Source: Acutalibacteraceae bacterium
GTDB lineage: Bacteria; Bacillota; Clostridia; Oscillospirales; Acutalibacteraceae
DNA: 64,000 bases
Direction: 5' to 3'
Assembly: GCA_045540655.1 (NCBI GenBank)
Contig: JAZQHP010000032.1
Location: forward strand, 1,801 to 65,800
The notes beneath the pieces were generated by a model. That model was not told where the DNA came from. It ran no database searches and saw nothing but the letters and a program-made list of their open reading frames with translations. Positions 19,425 through 29,206 of this stretch are shown here, piece by piece; positions within the stretch are counted from its first letter, which is position 1; every line of letters begins with the position of its first letter. The position numbers and the translations under genes were made by a program.

Positions 19425-20327
19425 ATGCCGGATAAACAACGCGGTGACGTGGAATTTGCTTATGCAAACGGCTTTTTTTCGACACACTCTCCTTTCAGCG
19501 GTATCCAGCTTTATCATTTGTTTGAGCGGGAAATCACCATTCAAAAGTCGCTTCCGTCTGTTGTCAACCCCCATGCTTTTGTTTTACTCTTTTGTATGAC
19601 AGGGGACGGGGTGCTGATAGACAGCAACGGACAATGTATTCCGTTTTGTTCCAACACGGTGGTAGTTGCTCCGGCTTCCCGTGTAGAAGCGATCGCCCCC
19701 GCGCAAGACGTCGGAGCTTTGCGGTACATTTGTATGAATTACGATGTAATGCCTGTTGCGTTCAGCATGGAGAACGACCACTTGTTTGAGTTTTATTCCC
19801 GTATCGACCAACCTCTCGTGGTAGAGCAGGCGCATTTTGTGCGTCAATGCATGTCCCTGTTTATTGCGGAACTTTGCACGGCAAAATCCTCCTTATGGAT
19901 GATCATGGGGTATCTGGATCAGTTACTGATTCTGATTCATCGCGCTCAATGCACCAAAGAGGATCCGTCTCTGCTCAACAGCGGCGCGTCCAATGCGGTC
20001 GGACATACCGTATACGCCATCATCCGCTACATTGACGAGCATCTTTTTACCATGAACAGCCTGATGGATATGGCGAGAGATCTCGGTTATAGCTATAATT
20101 ATCTGTCTCACGTGTTTCGCAAGAAGACAGGGATAACCATTCAGGCATATGTCAGTCAGAAAAAGATTGAACGCAGTACGGAATTGCTTCGGAATGAACA
20201 CTATTCTATAACAGAAATTGCCGCTATGCTCAATTATGATTGCATTCAATCGTTCAGCAAGGCGTTCCGAAAGGTGATGCACATGTCGCCCACGGAATAT
20301 CGCGCGGCGCACGGCATTAACGAATAA
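19425..20327 (+). CDS. AraC family transcriptional regulator
   Basis: N-terminal cupin-like sensor and C-terminal double HTH (ARDLGYSYNYLSHVFRKKTG...ITEIAAMLNYDCIQSFSKAFRKVMHMSPTEYR). Confidence 0.85.
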   Translation: MPDKQRGDVEFAYANGFFSTHSPFSGIQLYHLFEREITIQKSLPSVVNPHAFVLLFCMTGDGVLIDSNGQCIPFCSNTVVVAPASRVEAIAPAQDVGALRYICMNYDVMPVAFSMENDHLFEFYSRIDQPLVVEQAHFVRQCMSLFIAELCTAKSSLWMIMGYLDQLLILIHRAQCTKEDPSLLNSGASNAVGHTVYAIIRYIDEHLFTMNSLMDMARDLGYSYNYLSHVFRKKTGITIQAYVSQKKIERSTELLRNEHYSITEIAAMLNYDCIQSFSKAFRKVMHMSPTEYRAAHGINE

Positions 20328-20333
20328 CACACA

Positions 20334-20377
20334 GACAGGATGTATACTCGCTGACGGGCTGTACATCCTGTCTTTTT
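20334..20377 (+). terminator. Rho-independent terminator after the araC-family gene
   Basis: Stem GACAGGATGTA / TACATCCTGTC followed by T5. Confidence 0.8.
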
Positions 20378-20413
20378 GTGTAAAATTAGGCAAAAATAAA
20401 GTATCGCATGGTA

Positions 20414-20442
20414 TTGCTTTTTCACGGTGATTAGAGTATAAT
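20414..20442 (+). promoter_or_regulatory. Sigma-A-type promoter of the cps-like operon
   Basis: TTGCTT, 17-nt spacer, TATAAT, 37 nt upstream of ATG 20479. The -10 box lies inside a 9-7-9 inverted repeat. Confidence 0.5.
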
Positions 20443-20478
20443 TAATATATATAATTATACTTAAAGCGGAGGTAGAGT

Positions 20479-21180
20479 ATGGATATCTCGATTAAGCTGG
20501 TTCTGCAGGAGTTGGTCCGCAGAATCTGGATCATTATTTTGTGTGCAGTATTGGGTCTTGCAGTGGCGTATACATACACGAAATGCTTCGTTGCACCCGT
20601 ATACACCACATCCATGAAGGTGTCAGCACTGACCAACCTGATGGACGACGAGTCGGTGTCTTCGGTCGGTAGCTTTATCAACATGATGACTCTGGCCGAG
20701 CGTCGTGTGGAAGCGTACATTGAGCTTATGAAAACCTCGTCGTTCTATGAGCGTGTAGCGACAACCAGCGGCACCGGCTACAGCGCCGGCGCCGTAAGAA
20801 GCATGCTTCGCTTTGAACAGGTCGAGAACATGGGTCTGTTTTATGTCTATGTGACCGGCATCGATCCCGCGGCAATTAAAGCGGTTGCCGATGCGGTTGC
20901 GCAGGAAATGTGGCCGTATATCGAATCCTTCCAGTCGCATTCCACCATTACGGTCATCGAACCGCCGGTGTTGCCGACCACTCCGATCAATCAGACCATG
21001 AATCAAAACTGTGCGACCGGTCTGCTGATCGGCGGCGGTCTGGCGGCGGCGGTGATCGCGCTGATCGCCTTCTTCGATACGCATATTAAGGACGAAGAAA
21101 CGCTGTCCAAGCGCTATAACATTCCTGTGCTTGGTTCGATACCCGATTTTTCCGGCATTACGGCGCCGAAGACGAAATAA
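20479..21180 (+). CDS. Wzz/CpsC-type polysaccharide co-polymerase (tyrosine kinase modulator)
   Basis: N- and C-terminal TM helices flank a soluble domain of about 150 aa. It sits directly upstream of the BY-kinase gene. Confidence 0.8.
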   Translation: MDISIKLVLQELVRRIWIIILCAVLGLAVAYTYTKCFVAPVYTTSMKVSALTNLMDDESVSSVGSFINMMTLAERRVEAYIELMKTSSFYERVATTSGTGYSAGAVRSMLRFEQVENMGLFYVYVTGIDPAAIKAVADAVAQEMWPYIESFQSHSTITVIEPPVLPTTPINQTMNQNCATGLLIGGGLAAAVIALIAFFDTHIKDEETLSKRYNIPVLGSIPDFSGITAPKTK

Positions 21181-21197
21181 GAAAGGAGGAGACGAAT

Positions 21198-22061
21198 ATG
21201 AAAATCAAACAACCCATTCTGGATAATGATACGATGGATATGCCCGCCGCTCCCGGCGTGGCGACGACTCCCGAAACGCAGGAAGACGGCACCATCATCA
21301 ACAGCGCAGAAAACTCGCTGAAGTTCAAAGTCGTCGAATCCTACAAGGTGTTGCGTGCCAACATCATGTTTTCCATCATTAAAAGCGGTTGTCGCTCGTT
21401 CGTAGTGTCCAGCTCGTTGCCCAGCGAAGGCAAATCGACCATCGCCGTGAATACCGCCATTGCTCTGTCGCAGACAGATGCCCGCGTGTTGCTGATCGAT
21501 ACTGACCTGCGTCGTCCCAAGATCAATCGCTTTCTTGATCTGCCCAACACACCCGGACTCAGCAATTATCTGATCGGCATGAATTCCATCAACGAAGTGC
21601 TCCACAAGACCTCGTACCCGAACCTGATGGTGTTCTGTGCGGGTTCCCGTGTACCGAACCCTTCGGAATTGCTGGCCAGTGCACAGATGGAAACACTCCT
21701 TGAGCAACTGAAGACCAAATTTGATTATATCGTCATTGACTCAGCTCCGCTTAACGTGGTTTCCGATACCTATCCGATCATCAAAAACACCGACGGTGTG
21801 CTGATGGTTGTGTATCAGAATCGCTCGGATTATAAGGAACTTGACAAGACACTGAAGAGTCTTGAAATGGTGGACTGCAAGGTGATTGGTTTCGTAATGA
21901 ACGGTGTCACCGGCAGTAGCCGTAAGGGATATTATTCCAACAACTACGGGTATGGTTACGGATACGGCTCCTCGGGTTACGGCTACGGTACCTACGGATA
22001 CAGCTACAAATCTAAAAAGAAAAAGACGTCGGACAAAGGCGAAAAAAGTGATAAGACATGA
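21198..22061 (+). CDS. CpsD/CapB-family bacterial tyrosine kinase
   Basis: Walker A SSLPSEGKST, A' LLIDTDLRRP, B DYIVIDSAP. C-terminal Tyr cluster YYSNNYGYGYGYGSSGYGYGTYGYSY. Confidence 0.88.
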   Translation: MKIKQPILDNDTMDMPAAPGVATTPETQEDGTIINSAENSLKFKVVESYKVLRANIMFSIIKSGCRSFVVSSSLPSEGKSTIAVNTAIALSQTDARVLLIDTDLRRPKINRFLDLPNTPGLSNYLIGMNSINEVLHKTSYPNLMVFCAGSRVPNPSELLASAQMETLLEQLKTKFDYIVIDSAPLNVVSDTYPIIKNTDGVLMVVYQNRSDYKELDKTLKSLEMVDCKVIGFVMNGVTGSSRKGYYSNNYGYGYGYGSSGYGYGTYGYSYKSKKKKTSDKGEKSDKT

Positions 22062-22768
22062 ATGACTTACATTTCGTAGATTTCCACACGCATATCCTTC
22101 CGAAGATGGATGACGGCTCCGACAGTCTCGAAACCTCGCTTGCTATGCTGGCTCGTCTGGAAGAGCAGGGGGTATGCGATGTGGTGCTGACACCGCATTA
22201 TTACTCCCAGCGCGAACCGCTTGAGCGGTTTCTCGCCAGACGCGAAGCGTCGTTCAGATATCTTCAAAACACCTATCAGGGTCCCGTTCGTCTGCATTTG
22301 GCGGCAGAGGTTTACTATTCCGACTATATCTTCAATCAAGAGGATTTGTCGGAATTGTGCCTGCCGGGAACGGATATTCTGTTGCTGGAACTACCGTATA
22401 ACAAAACGATCGATGACCGCTTTCTGGATCAGATCTTCCGTGTGTCCTCGGAGTTTGATGTCACGCTGTTGTTGGCGCATGTGGAACGGTATCCGTCGGT
22501 CATCAAATCCCGACGCACATTGGACAAACTTGTACAGATCGGCTGTTTATTGCAAATAAATGTATCGTCCCTGGAAGTATTCGGACGCAGGCGATTGCTG
22601 AAAATGATTGCCGCCGGCACTATTGACGCGATCGGCACGGATTGCCATAACATCGGCAGTCGTCCTCCGGAATATACCAAAGGACTTGACATCATGAAGA
22701 AGAAGGTTCCCGGGGAACGCATTCAGACGTTGATGCAATCCATGCAACAAATGTTAACCCCTCGTTGA
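22058..22768 (+). CDS. CpsB/CapC-type PHP-family protein-tyrosine phosphatase
   Basis: VDFHTHILPKMDDG and LLAHVERY motifs. ATGA overlap with the kinase gene. Confidence 0.88.
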   Translation: MNDLHFVDFHTHILPKMDDGSDSLETSLAMLARLEEQGVCDVVLTPHYYSQREPLERFLARREASFRYLQNTYQGPVRLHLAAEVYYSDYIFNQEDLSELCLPGTDILLLELPYNKTIDDRFLDQIFRVSSEFDVTLLLAHVERYPSVIKSRRTLDKLVQIGCLLQINVSSLEVFGRRRLLKMIAAGTIDAIGTDCHNIGSRPPEYTKGLDIMKKKVPGERIQTLMQSMQQMLTPR

Positions 22769-22788
22769 ACCACAAAGGAGAGAGCACG

Positions 22789-24684
22789 TTGAAAAAGAAG
22801 GTCTTTGAATTCAGTAAATATCGCCGCTTTGTGTTTTTGCTGGCAGATATGTTTTGCCTGGTGGCATCCGGAGCATTTGTCTGGATTTTCTTTTATCTTG
22901 TACCTTCCTTCAACAACGATATTTCGATTGCGGCGCTCGTGACGCACACCACCATTTATACATTGTCTGCAATCGTCGCCCTCGGCTGTGCGGGCGCGTA
23001 TAAGCCTGTGTGGCGCTACGCTACCATGCGGGATCTGATCAGTTGTTTTGTCGGCATCACCATTTCGGCGTTTTTCTCGTATATAGCCATGACTACGCTG
23101 TATCGGTTGCACATTTTTGATCTGAGTTTTTCGCTCATTTTTACCGTGCTGAACATGATGCTGTCGCTCCTGTTGATTTTGTCGATGCGCATTCTGTATA
23201 AATCCTTGCGCGATTTCACAAAATCCATGGAGGAGAAGGCGGCCAAAAAGCAAAAAAGCCGCACATTGATCGTCGGAGCGGGTGCTACCTGCCGAGTGTT
23301 ACTGACGGAAATGCAGGTAGGTGACAGCCTGTATACACCGATTATTGCTTTGGATGATGACCCTGCAAAAATCGGTCGCAAAATGAAAGATATCCGCATT
23401 GACGGTCCGATTTGCCGCGTGGCAGAAATTTGCGAACGCGAAAATATCGAGACCATCATCGTGGCGATTCCCTCCTGCACGGAAGAAGATCGCCGTGTAA
23501 TCATCGATCACTGCTCAAAGACTAACTGTAAAATCCGTGTGTTGCCGTATCTGCACAATCTGGTTGCCGGCGACATGCTGACGCAGGCGAAGCCGTTACA
23601 ACTGGAAGAACTACTTTGCCGCGCACCGATTTCTTTCAATCAAACGGAAATCCACACCTTAATCAACGATAAGGTATGCATGGTCACCGGCGGCGGTGGT
23701 TCCATCGGATCGGAACTCTGTCGTCAGATCGCCGCGAATCACCCCAGACGTCTGGTGATCGTCGACATTTATGAGAATAATGCGTATGAAATCCAACAAG
23801 AACTGATTCGTCAATACGGATCCTCTTTAGCGCTGGATGTGCATATTGCTTCGGTGCGGGATTATGCAAAGATGACGCGTCTGTTTGAGACATATCGTCC
23901 TCAACTCGTGTTTCACGCCGCTGCCCATAAGCATGTGCCGCTGATGGAGACAGCGCCGGAAGAAGCCGTAAAGAACAATGTGATCGGTACGTTCAACATT
24001 GCTACTCTCGCTGAATTTTACAATAGCGAAAAGTTTGTGCTGATTTCTACGGATAAAGCCGTCAATCCTACCAATGTGATGGGTGCCACCAAGCGTTGCT
24101 GTGAAATGGTCGTGCAGTGCATGGCACAGCAAGCGATGACAACCGATTTCGTGGCTGTACGTTTCGGCAACGTTCTCGGCTCGAACGGCTCGGTTATTCC
24201 GCTGTTCCGTCGTCAGATCGAAGCGGGCGGTCCGATCACCGTGACACACCCCGATATTATCCGCTATTTCATGACCATCCCTGAAGCCGTGTCGCTGGTT
24301 TTGCAAGCGGGCGCCATGGCAAAAGGCGGAGAGATATTCGTCTTGGACATGGGTGAACCGGTCAAGATTACGACGCTGGCAGAGAACCTGATCCGCCTTT
24401 ACGGGTATCGTCCCGGCGTTGATATCAAGATTGAATTCACCGGTCTTCGTCCCGGCGAAAAGCTGTTTGAGGAGTTACTGATGAACGAGGAAGGTTTGAA
24501 GCCTACCTACAACGAAAAGATCTTCATCGGCAGTCAGATTGCCGTCGAAGCCGATACGTTGTTCAAAGAATTGTCGGTTTTAAAAGCGCATGCGAATGAT
24601 AATCTGACAGATCTGGTCGTGGAAGATCTCAAACGTGTTGTTCCGACCTTTAATCATCAGCCGAACACGACGGCACGTACGTAA
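22789..24684 (+). CDS. capD: CapD-type membrane-associated NDP-sugar 4,6-dehydratase/epimerase
   Basis: N-terminal TM helices, VTGGGGSIGSEL Rossmann motif, ISTDKAVNPTNVMGATKR. AAAGGAGAG RBS precedes TTG 22789; TTG 22765 is an alternative start. Confidence 0.88.
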   Translation: MKKKVFEFSKYRRFVFLLADMFCLVASGAFVWIFFYLVPSFNNDISIAALVTHTTIYTLSAIVALGCAGAYKPVWRYATMRDLISCFVGITISAFFSYIAMTTLYRLHIFDLSFSLIFTVLNMMLSLLLILSMRILYKSLRDFTKSMEEKAAKKQKSRTLIVGAGATCRVLLTEMQVGDSLYTPIIALDDDPAKIGRKMKDIRIDGPICRVAEICERENIETIIVAIPSCTEEDRRVIIDHCSKTNCKIRVLPYLHNLVAGDMLTQAKPLQLEELLCRAPISFNQTEIHTLINDKVCMVTGGGGSIGSELCRQIAANHPRRLVIVDIYENNAYEIQQELIRQYGSSLALDVHIASVRDYAKMTRLFETYRPQLVFHAAAHKHVPLMETAPEEAVKNNVIGTFNIATLAEFYNSEKFVLISTDKAVNPTNVMGATKRCCEMVVQCMAQQAMTTDFVAVRFGNVLGSNGSVIPLFRRQIEAGGPITVTHPDIIRYFMTIPEAVSLVLQAGAMAKGGEIFVLDMGEPVKITTLAENLIRLYGYRPGVDIKIEFTGLRPGEKLFEELLMNEEGLKPTYNEKIFIGSQIAVEADTLFKELSVLKAHANDNLTDLVVEDLKRVVPTFNHQPNTTART

Positions 24685-24713
24685 TTATCTGCAAACACAG
24701 AGGTGAACAGGTC

Positions 24714-25556
24714 ATGCTTTTTCCCGTTACACATACCTTGGAACTGCGTAACAAAACGGACGTCCCGTTTTATACATTTCCGAATCTGAATAGCCTCGAT
24801 TTTGTTCGTCATGGTTTTTCCACCCGTCTCGGCGGTGTCAGCAAGGGCATCTTTGCTTCGATGAATCTCAGCTTTACCAGAGGCGACAGGGAAGAGGATG
24901 TTCTCGAAAATTTCCGACTTTTCTGTGACGCCATCGGCACCGACTATCGGAAAGCCGTTGTATCCGCACAGGAGCATCACACGACCGTCATGGCGGTGAA
25001 TGCGAGCGACGCGGGACGCGGTGTCATTACAGAAAAAGGTTACGCGGACGTCGACGGCATGATGACCAACGTTCCAGGCATTGTTTTGTGTACGCAATAT
25101 GCCGATTGTGTGCCGTTGTTTTTTGCAGATCCCGTCAAAAAAGTGGTTGCTACATCTCACGCGGGATGGAAAGGCACAGTAGCAGGTATAGCATCGGTAA
25201 CCGTGGCACGAATGGGCGAGGTTTACGGCTGTGATCCCAAGGATATTCAGGTCGGCATCGGTCCGTCCATCGGACAATGTTGCTTTGAAGTGGACGCCCC
25301 TGTGTATGAGGCATTTTCTCAATTACCGTTTGCGGATGAAACGATCCTGCACGACAACCACAACGGCAAATACCACATTAATCTGTGGGAAGTCAATCGC
25401 CGTTTCCTGTTACAATGCGGCGTTCCTGCCGCCAATATTACCGTGACCGACCTGTGCACAAAGTGCCGTCCGGATGTATTCTGGTCCCATCGCATCACCG
25501 GTCCCGATCGCGGCAGTCTGGCGGCGTTTATCGCCATAGCGGAGGATCCCTCATGA
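24714..25556 (+). CDS. pgeF: Peptidoglycan editing factor PgeF (YfiH/laccase-domain family)
   Basis: Conserved QEHHT, YADCVPLFF and SHAGWKGT (His-Cys-His site). Confidence 0.88.
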   Translation: MLFPVTHTLELRNKTDVPFYTFPNLNSLDFVRHGFSTRLGGVSKGIFASMNLSFTRGDREEDVLENFRLFCDAIGTDYRKAVVSAQEHHTTVMAVNASDAGRGVITEKGYADVDGMMTNVPGIVLCTQYADCVPLFFADPVKKVVATSHAGWKGTVAGIASVTVARMGEVYGCDPKDIQVGIGPSIGQCCFEVDAPVYEAFSQLPFADETILHDNHNGKYHINLWEVNRRFLLQCGVPAANITVTDLCTKCRPDVFWSHRITGPDRGSLAAFIAIAEDPS

Positions 25557-26203
25557 TAAAAGCAGTCATGTTTGACCTGGATGGTACAGTCATTGCGTCC
25601 AAGGACGGCATTTTTCGCTCTGCGGCGTATGCCCTTGATACACTCGGCTTGCCGATGCCTTCCGAAGCGGACATGATGGCGTTTCTCGGTCCACCTCTCT
25701 CGGAAGGATTCCGCTCAGTCTGTCATGTAGACGAATCCCGTATTGACGAAGCGGTCCGTCTTTACCGTGAATACTATAACGGCGGCGGTAAATTCCAAGC
25801 CGCTGTATTTGACGGTGTTACAGAGTGTTTGCAGGCTCTGAAAGCGAAGGGCATTCCGTCCTATATCACCACATCCAAGCCGCATGTCTTTGCCAAAGAA
25901 ATTCTGTCTTACTTCCGGACAGATACCGCATTCGACGGTATTTACGGCAGTGAGTTTGACGGTACACGCGGCAAAAAATCCGAAGTCGTTTCCTATTGTA
26001 TGGAACAGCACGGATTGCGTCCTGAGGAAGTGCTGTTGGTCGGAGACAGACATTTTGATGTCAACGGGGCGCGTCAATGCGGCGTTCGCTGTGTCGGCGT
26101 GACATACGGCTATGGCAGCAGGGAAGAATTGGAACAAGCGGGAGCCTGGAAACTGATCGATACACCCATGGCATTGCCTGATTTACTGGATGCCGCCGAA
26201 TAA
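25553..26203 (+). CDS. HAD family hydrolase (phosphoglycolate phosphatase-like)
   Basis: Motif I FDLDGTV, motif II TTSK, motif IV VGDRHFD. ATGA overlap with pgeF; the ORF-track N-extension is overlap sequence. Confidence 0.8.
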   Translation: MIKAVMFDLDGTVIASKDGIFRSAAYALDTLGLPMPSEADMMAFLGPPLSEGFRSVCHVDESRIDEAVRLYREYYNGGGKFQAAVFDGVTECLQALKAKGIPSYITTSKPHVFAKEILSYFRTDTAFDGIYGSEFDGTRGKKSEVVSYCMEQHGLRPEEVLLVGDRHFDVNGARQCGVRCVGVTYGYGSREELEQAGAWKLIDTPMALPDLLDAAE

Positions 26204-26259
26204 GGATTCTCTTATTTTTATTTAACTTTGATTTTTGTCGGATTTTTTTCGAAATGCGC

Positions 26260-26288
26260 TTGACAAAACAGGAACTGTTGTATATAAT
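26260..26288 (+). promoter_or_regulatory. Consensus sigma-A promoter for tRNA-Lys
   Basis: TTGACA, 17-nt spacer, TATAAT, about 27 nt before the tRNA 5' end. Confidence 0.75.
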
Positions 26289-26314
26289 ACTTAAGCGGTC
26301 GAAAGAACCGATAT

Positions 26315-26390
26315 GATCCATTAGCTCAGCTGGCAGAGCACCTGACTTTTAATCAGGGTGTCCGGAGTTCGAATCTCCGATGGATCACCA
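26315..26390 (+). tRNA. tRNA-Lys (anticodon UUU)
   Basis: Cloverleaf folded by hand: acceptor GATCCAT/ATGGATC, D arm GCTC-AGCTGGCA-GAGC, anticodon arm CCTGA-CTTTTAA-TCAGG, T arm CGGAG-TTCGAAT-CTCCG, encoded CCA. Confidence 0.95.
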
Positions 26391-26421
26391 AAAAACTCCA
26401 AGCTTTGGCTTGGAGTTTTTT
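26391..26421 (+). terminator. Rho-independent terminator after tRNA-Lys
   Basis: Stem ACTCCAAGC / GCTTGGAGT with a 4-nt loop and a T6 tract. Confidence 0.85.
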
Positions 26422-26443
26422 CTATTCTCTTATCGACTTGTCT

Positions 26444-26472
26444 TTGACAAACCAACCAATATATGCTATACT
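26444..26472 (+). promoter_or_regulatory. Sigma-A promoter for rnpB
   Basis: TTGACA, 17-nt spacer, TATACT, ending about 8 nt before the P1 helix. Confidence 0.7.
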
Positions 26473-26479
26473 AACGATC

Positions 26480-26809
26480 GTGAGAGGATTGGACAGTCGC
26501 GTGCAGTTATGCATGAGGAAAGTCCGAGCTTCACAGGGCAGGATAACGGCTAACGGCCGCCGGGGGTGACCCTAGGGAAAGTGCAACAGAGATATACCGC
26601 CATGCAAATGGTAAGGGTGGAAAGGCGAGGTAAGAGCTCACCGGCATGCAGGAGACTGCATGGCCCTGCAAACCCTATCCGAAGCAACGCCGACCGAAGC
26701 AATACATTGGCCCGATGTGCTTCAACAGTGCGGCTTGAGCCGTATGGCAACATACGGTCGAGATAGATGATTGTCCACGACAGAACTCGGCTTACAGATC
26801 CTCTCATAC
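26480..26809 (+). ncRNA. rnpB: RNase P RNA, bacterial class A
   Basis: P4 strands GAGGAAAGTCCGAGC and ACAGAACTCGGCTTACAG. GGTAAGGGTGGAAAGGCGAGGTAAGAGCTCACC module. P1 pairing GAGAGGAT (26482-89) with ATCCTCTC (26798-805). Confidence 0.93.
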
Positions 26810-26814
26810 CAATT

Positions 26815-26850
26815 AAAAAGCTACCGACTCAAGGAGTTGGTAGCTTTTTC
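26815..26850. terminator. Bidirectional terminator shared by rnpB (+) and nifU (-)
   Basis: Stem AGCTACC...GGTAGCT flanked by A5 upstream and T5 downstream. Confidence 0.75.
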
Positions 26851-26852
26851 GT

Positions 26853-27293
26853 TTAAATATGACACGTTTCAATATCCTCATCGGACATGCGTTTGCCGAC
26901 GATGGGCTCGGGATCGATACCCTGACGCTCGTAGTAATCGGCAATCGCCGCACGAATGGATTGTTCGGCGAGCACCGAGCAGTGGATCTTGTGCGTCGGC
27001 AGACCGCCAAGCGCCTCAACAACAGCTTTGTTGGAGAGTTTCAGCGCTTCTTCAATGGTTTTGCCCTTGATCATTTCGGTGGCCATGGAACTGGTCGCGA
27101 TCGCCGAACCGCAACCGAAAGTTTTGAATTTGACATCCACGATAACGCCGTCGCGCACCTTGATGTACATCTTCATGATGTCGCCGCATTTGGCGTTGCC
27201 GATTTCTCCGACACCGTCTGCATCTTCAATTTCGCCGACGTTACGGGGATTAACAAAGTGATCCATCACTTGTTCGCTGTAAACTGAAGCCAT
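26853..27293 (-). CDS. nifU: Fe-S cluster assembly scaffold NifU/IscU-type
   Basis: Conserved Cys motifs NAKCGD, FGCGSAIA and IHCSVLA. Confidence 0.92.
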   Translation of the reverse strand: MASVYSEQVMDHFVNPRNVGEIEDADGVGEIGNAKCGDIMKMYIKVRDGVIVDVKFKTFGCGSAIATSSMATEMIKGKTIEEALKLSNKAVVEALGGLPTHKIHCSVLAEQSIRAAIADYYERQGIDPEPIVGKRMSDEDIETCHI

Positions 27294-27321
27294 AATACAT
27301 TATCCTTTCCATTTCAAACAA

Positions 27322-28509
27322 TCAGTTGTCCGATTCTTTCATAATTTGTTCCCAAAGGGGAGACATGTCGCGCAGCCGGTTCACAATCACAGGAACTTCC
27401 TGCAGAATATGCTCCACATCCTCGTCGGTATTATCAGCACAGAGCGACAAACGAAGCGAACCGTGCGCAATTGCATGCGGCAGTCCGATGGATAACAGCA
27501 CGTGACTGGGATCAAGCGATCCGGACGTACACGCCGATCCGGACGAAGCGCACACACCGCGAAGATCCAGCATCAGGAGGAGACTTTCGCCTTCGATGCC
27601 TTCAAAGCTGATGTTGACGTTGCCGGGAAGGCGCTTGACAGCGTCGCCGTTCAGGCGGGAGCGGATAATACCGCCCGTCAGCTCACGGATCAACCGATCG
27701 CGCTTTTGCTCGAGTGCGGCGTTATCAGCTTCCATCGTTTCGCAAGCAAGAGACAATGCTGTTGCCATACCGACGATGCCCGCTGTATTTTCCGTACCGG
27801 CGCGACGACCTTTTTCCTGTGCACCACCGTCAATAAGATTGCCGAAGCGGAGACCTTTACGCACCAACAACGCGCCGACGCCTTTCGGACCGTGGAATTT
27901 GTGTGCAGACAGCGATAACATATCGATGTTCATATCCTCAAAATCCACCGGAATATGACCGACCGCCTGCACGGCATCGGTATGGAACCAGACGCCGCGT
28001 TCACGGCACAACGCGCCGATTTCCCGAATCGGTTGAATGGTGCCGATTTCATTGTTGGCAAACATAACGGTAACCAGTGCCGTATCCTCGCGCAGAGCAT
28101 TCTGTACATCCTCGACACGTACCACGCCGTTATCGTACACGGGGAGGAGGGTAATCTCAAAACCGTCTTTTTTCAGCGCATCCAGCGTGTGCAAGACGGC
28201 ATGATGCTCAAAGACAGTGGAGATAATGTGTTTTTTTCCTTTTTTGCTTTGGAATTTGGCGGCCATTTTGATCGCCCAGTTGTCCGATTCACTGCCGCCG
28301 GAGGTAATAAACACCTCATCAGGGCGACAATGCAAACACGAGGCGATCGTCGCCTTCGCGGTATCCACCGCCACACGGGATTCCTGTCCGAAGCCGTACA
28401 GGGAAGAGGCGTTGCCGTATTGTTCGGTCAGATACGGCATCATCGCTTCCAGGGCTTGGGGGTGAAGCTTCGTAGTGGCGGCGTTGTCAGCATAAACGAA
28501 ATGATCCAT
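27322..28509 (-). CDS. nifS: Cysteine desulfurase NifS
   Basis: PLP lysine [10 protein letters not shown], catalytic loop [19 protein letters not shown] precedes ATG 28509; the longer ORF start has no RBS. Confidence 0.92.
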   Translation of the reverse strand: MDHFVYADNAATTKLHPQALEAMMPYLTEQYGNASSLYGFGQESRVAVDTAKATIASCLHCRPDEVFITSGGSESDNWAIKMAAKFQSKKGKKHIISTVFEHHAVLHTLDALKKDGFEITLLPVYDNGVVRVEDVQNALREDTALVTVMFANNEIGTIQPIREIGALCRERGVWFHTDAVQAVGHIPVDFEDMNIDMLSLSAHKFHGPKGVGALLVRKGLRFGNLIDGGAQEKGRRAGTENTAGIVGMATALSLACETMEADNAALEQKRDRLIRELTGGIIRSRLNGDAVKRLPGNVNISFEGIEGESLLLMLDLRGVCASSGSACTSGSLDPSHVLLSIGLPHAIAHGSLRLSLCADNTDEDVEHILQEVPVIVNRLRDMSPLWEQIMKESDN

Positions 28510-28610
28510 GCGTAAAACTCCTTTGATATTTGCGTGCAAGCGTCTTACAAAAAGCGCCTGCATATAATATATACCTTTTTGGTGTAGATTACAAGAGGAA
28601 ATCTTAAAAA

Positions 28611-29048
28611 TTACCGATAGTTTTCGATTTGTGCCACCGCCAGGCGATCGCAACGCTCATTTTCAGGATGTCCCTGATGTCCGTGAACCCACACAAACGT
28701 GACGGTATGGATATCGAGCAGATTCAGCAAAGAGTCCCACAGATCGGCGTTCAAAGCAGGCTTTTTATCCGCTTTACGCCAGCCGTTGCGCTTCCAGGAA
28801 CGCGCCCAGCCTTTTTGGATCCCGTCCACCACGTATTTGGAATCGCTGGTCACAGTGACCTCACAGGTTTCTTTCAGCGCCGCCAACCCTTCGATGACAG
28901 CCGTCAGCTCCATGCGATTGTTGGTTGTGGAGGAGGCGCCGCCGCTCAATTCTTTTTCCACGCCGTTGAAACGCAGGATGGTTCCCCAGCCACCGGGCCC
29001 GGGATTGCCCGAGCAAGCGCCGTCCGTAAACATTTCGATGTGTTTCAT
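28611..29048 (-). CDS. rnhA: Ribonuclease HI
   Basis: [54 protein letters not shown] precedes ATG 29048. Confidence 0.9.
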   Translation of the reverse strand: MKHIEMFTDGACSGNPGPGGWGTILRFNGVEKELSGGASSTTNNRMELTAVIEGLAALKETCEVTVTSDSKYVVDGIQKGWARSWKRNGWRKADKKPALNADLWDSLLNLLDIHTVTFVWVHGHQGHPENERCDRLAVAQIENYR

Positions 29049-29177
29049 TCCGCATTCGCTCCTTCCGTATCCACTCAAATATGCATCATTATATCAAAGA
29101 AATATCGGCTTGCCAATAGATTTCACAGAGTTTTTCATAAGTTCTGTTTATTATTTTATATACCTATTAGGTGTCCC

Positions 29178-29206
29178 TTGACAATTTCAAGGAAAACAAG
29201 TACAAT
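29178..29206 (+). promoter_or_regulatory. Sigma-A promoter for rnj
   Basis: TTGACA, 17-nt spacer, TACAAT, leaving a leader of about 70 nt before GTG 29281. Confidence 0.65.
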
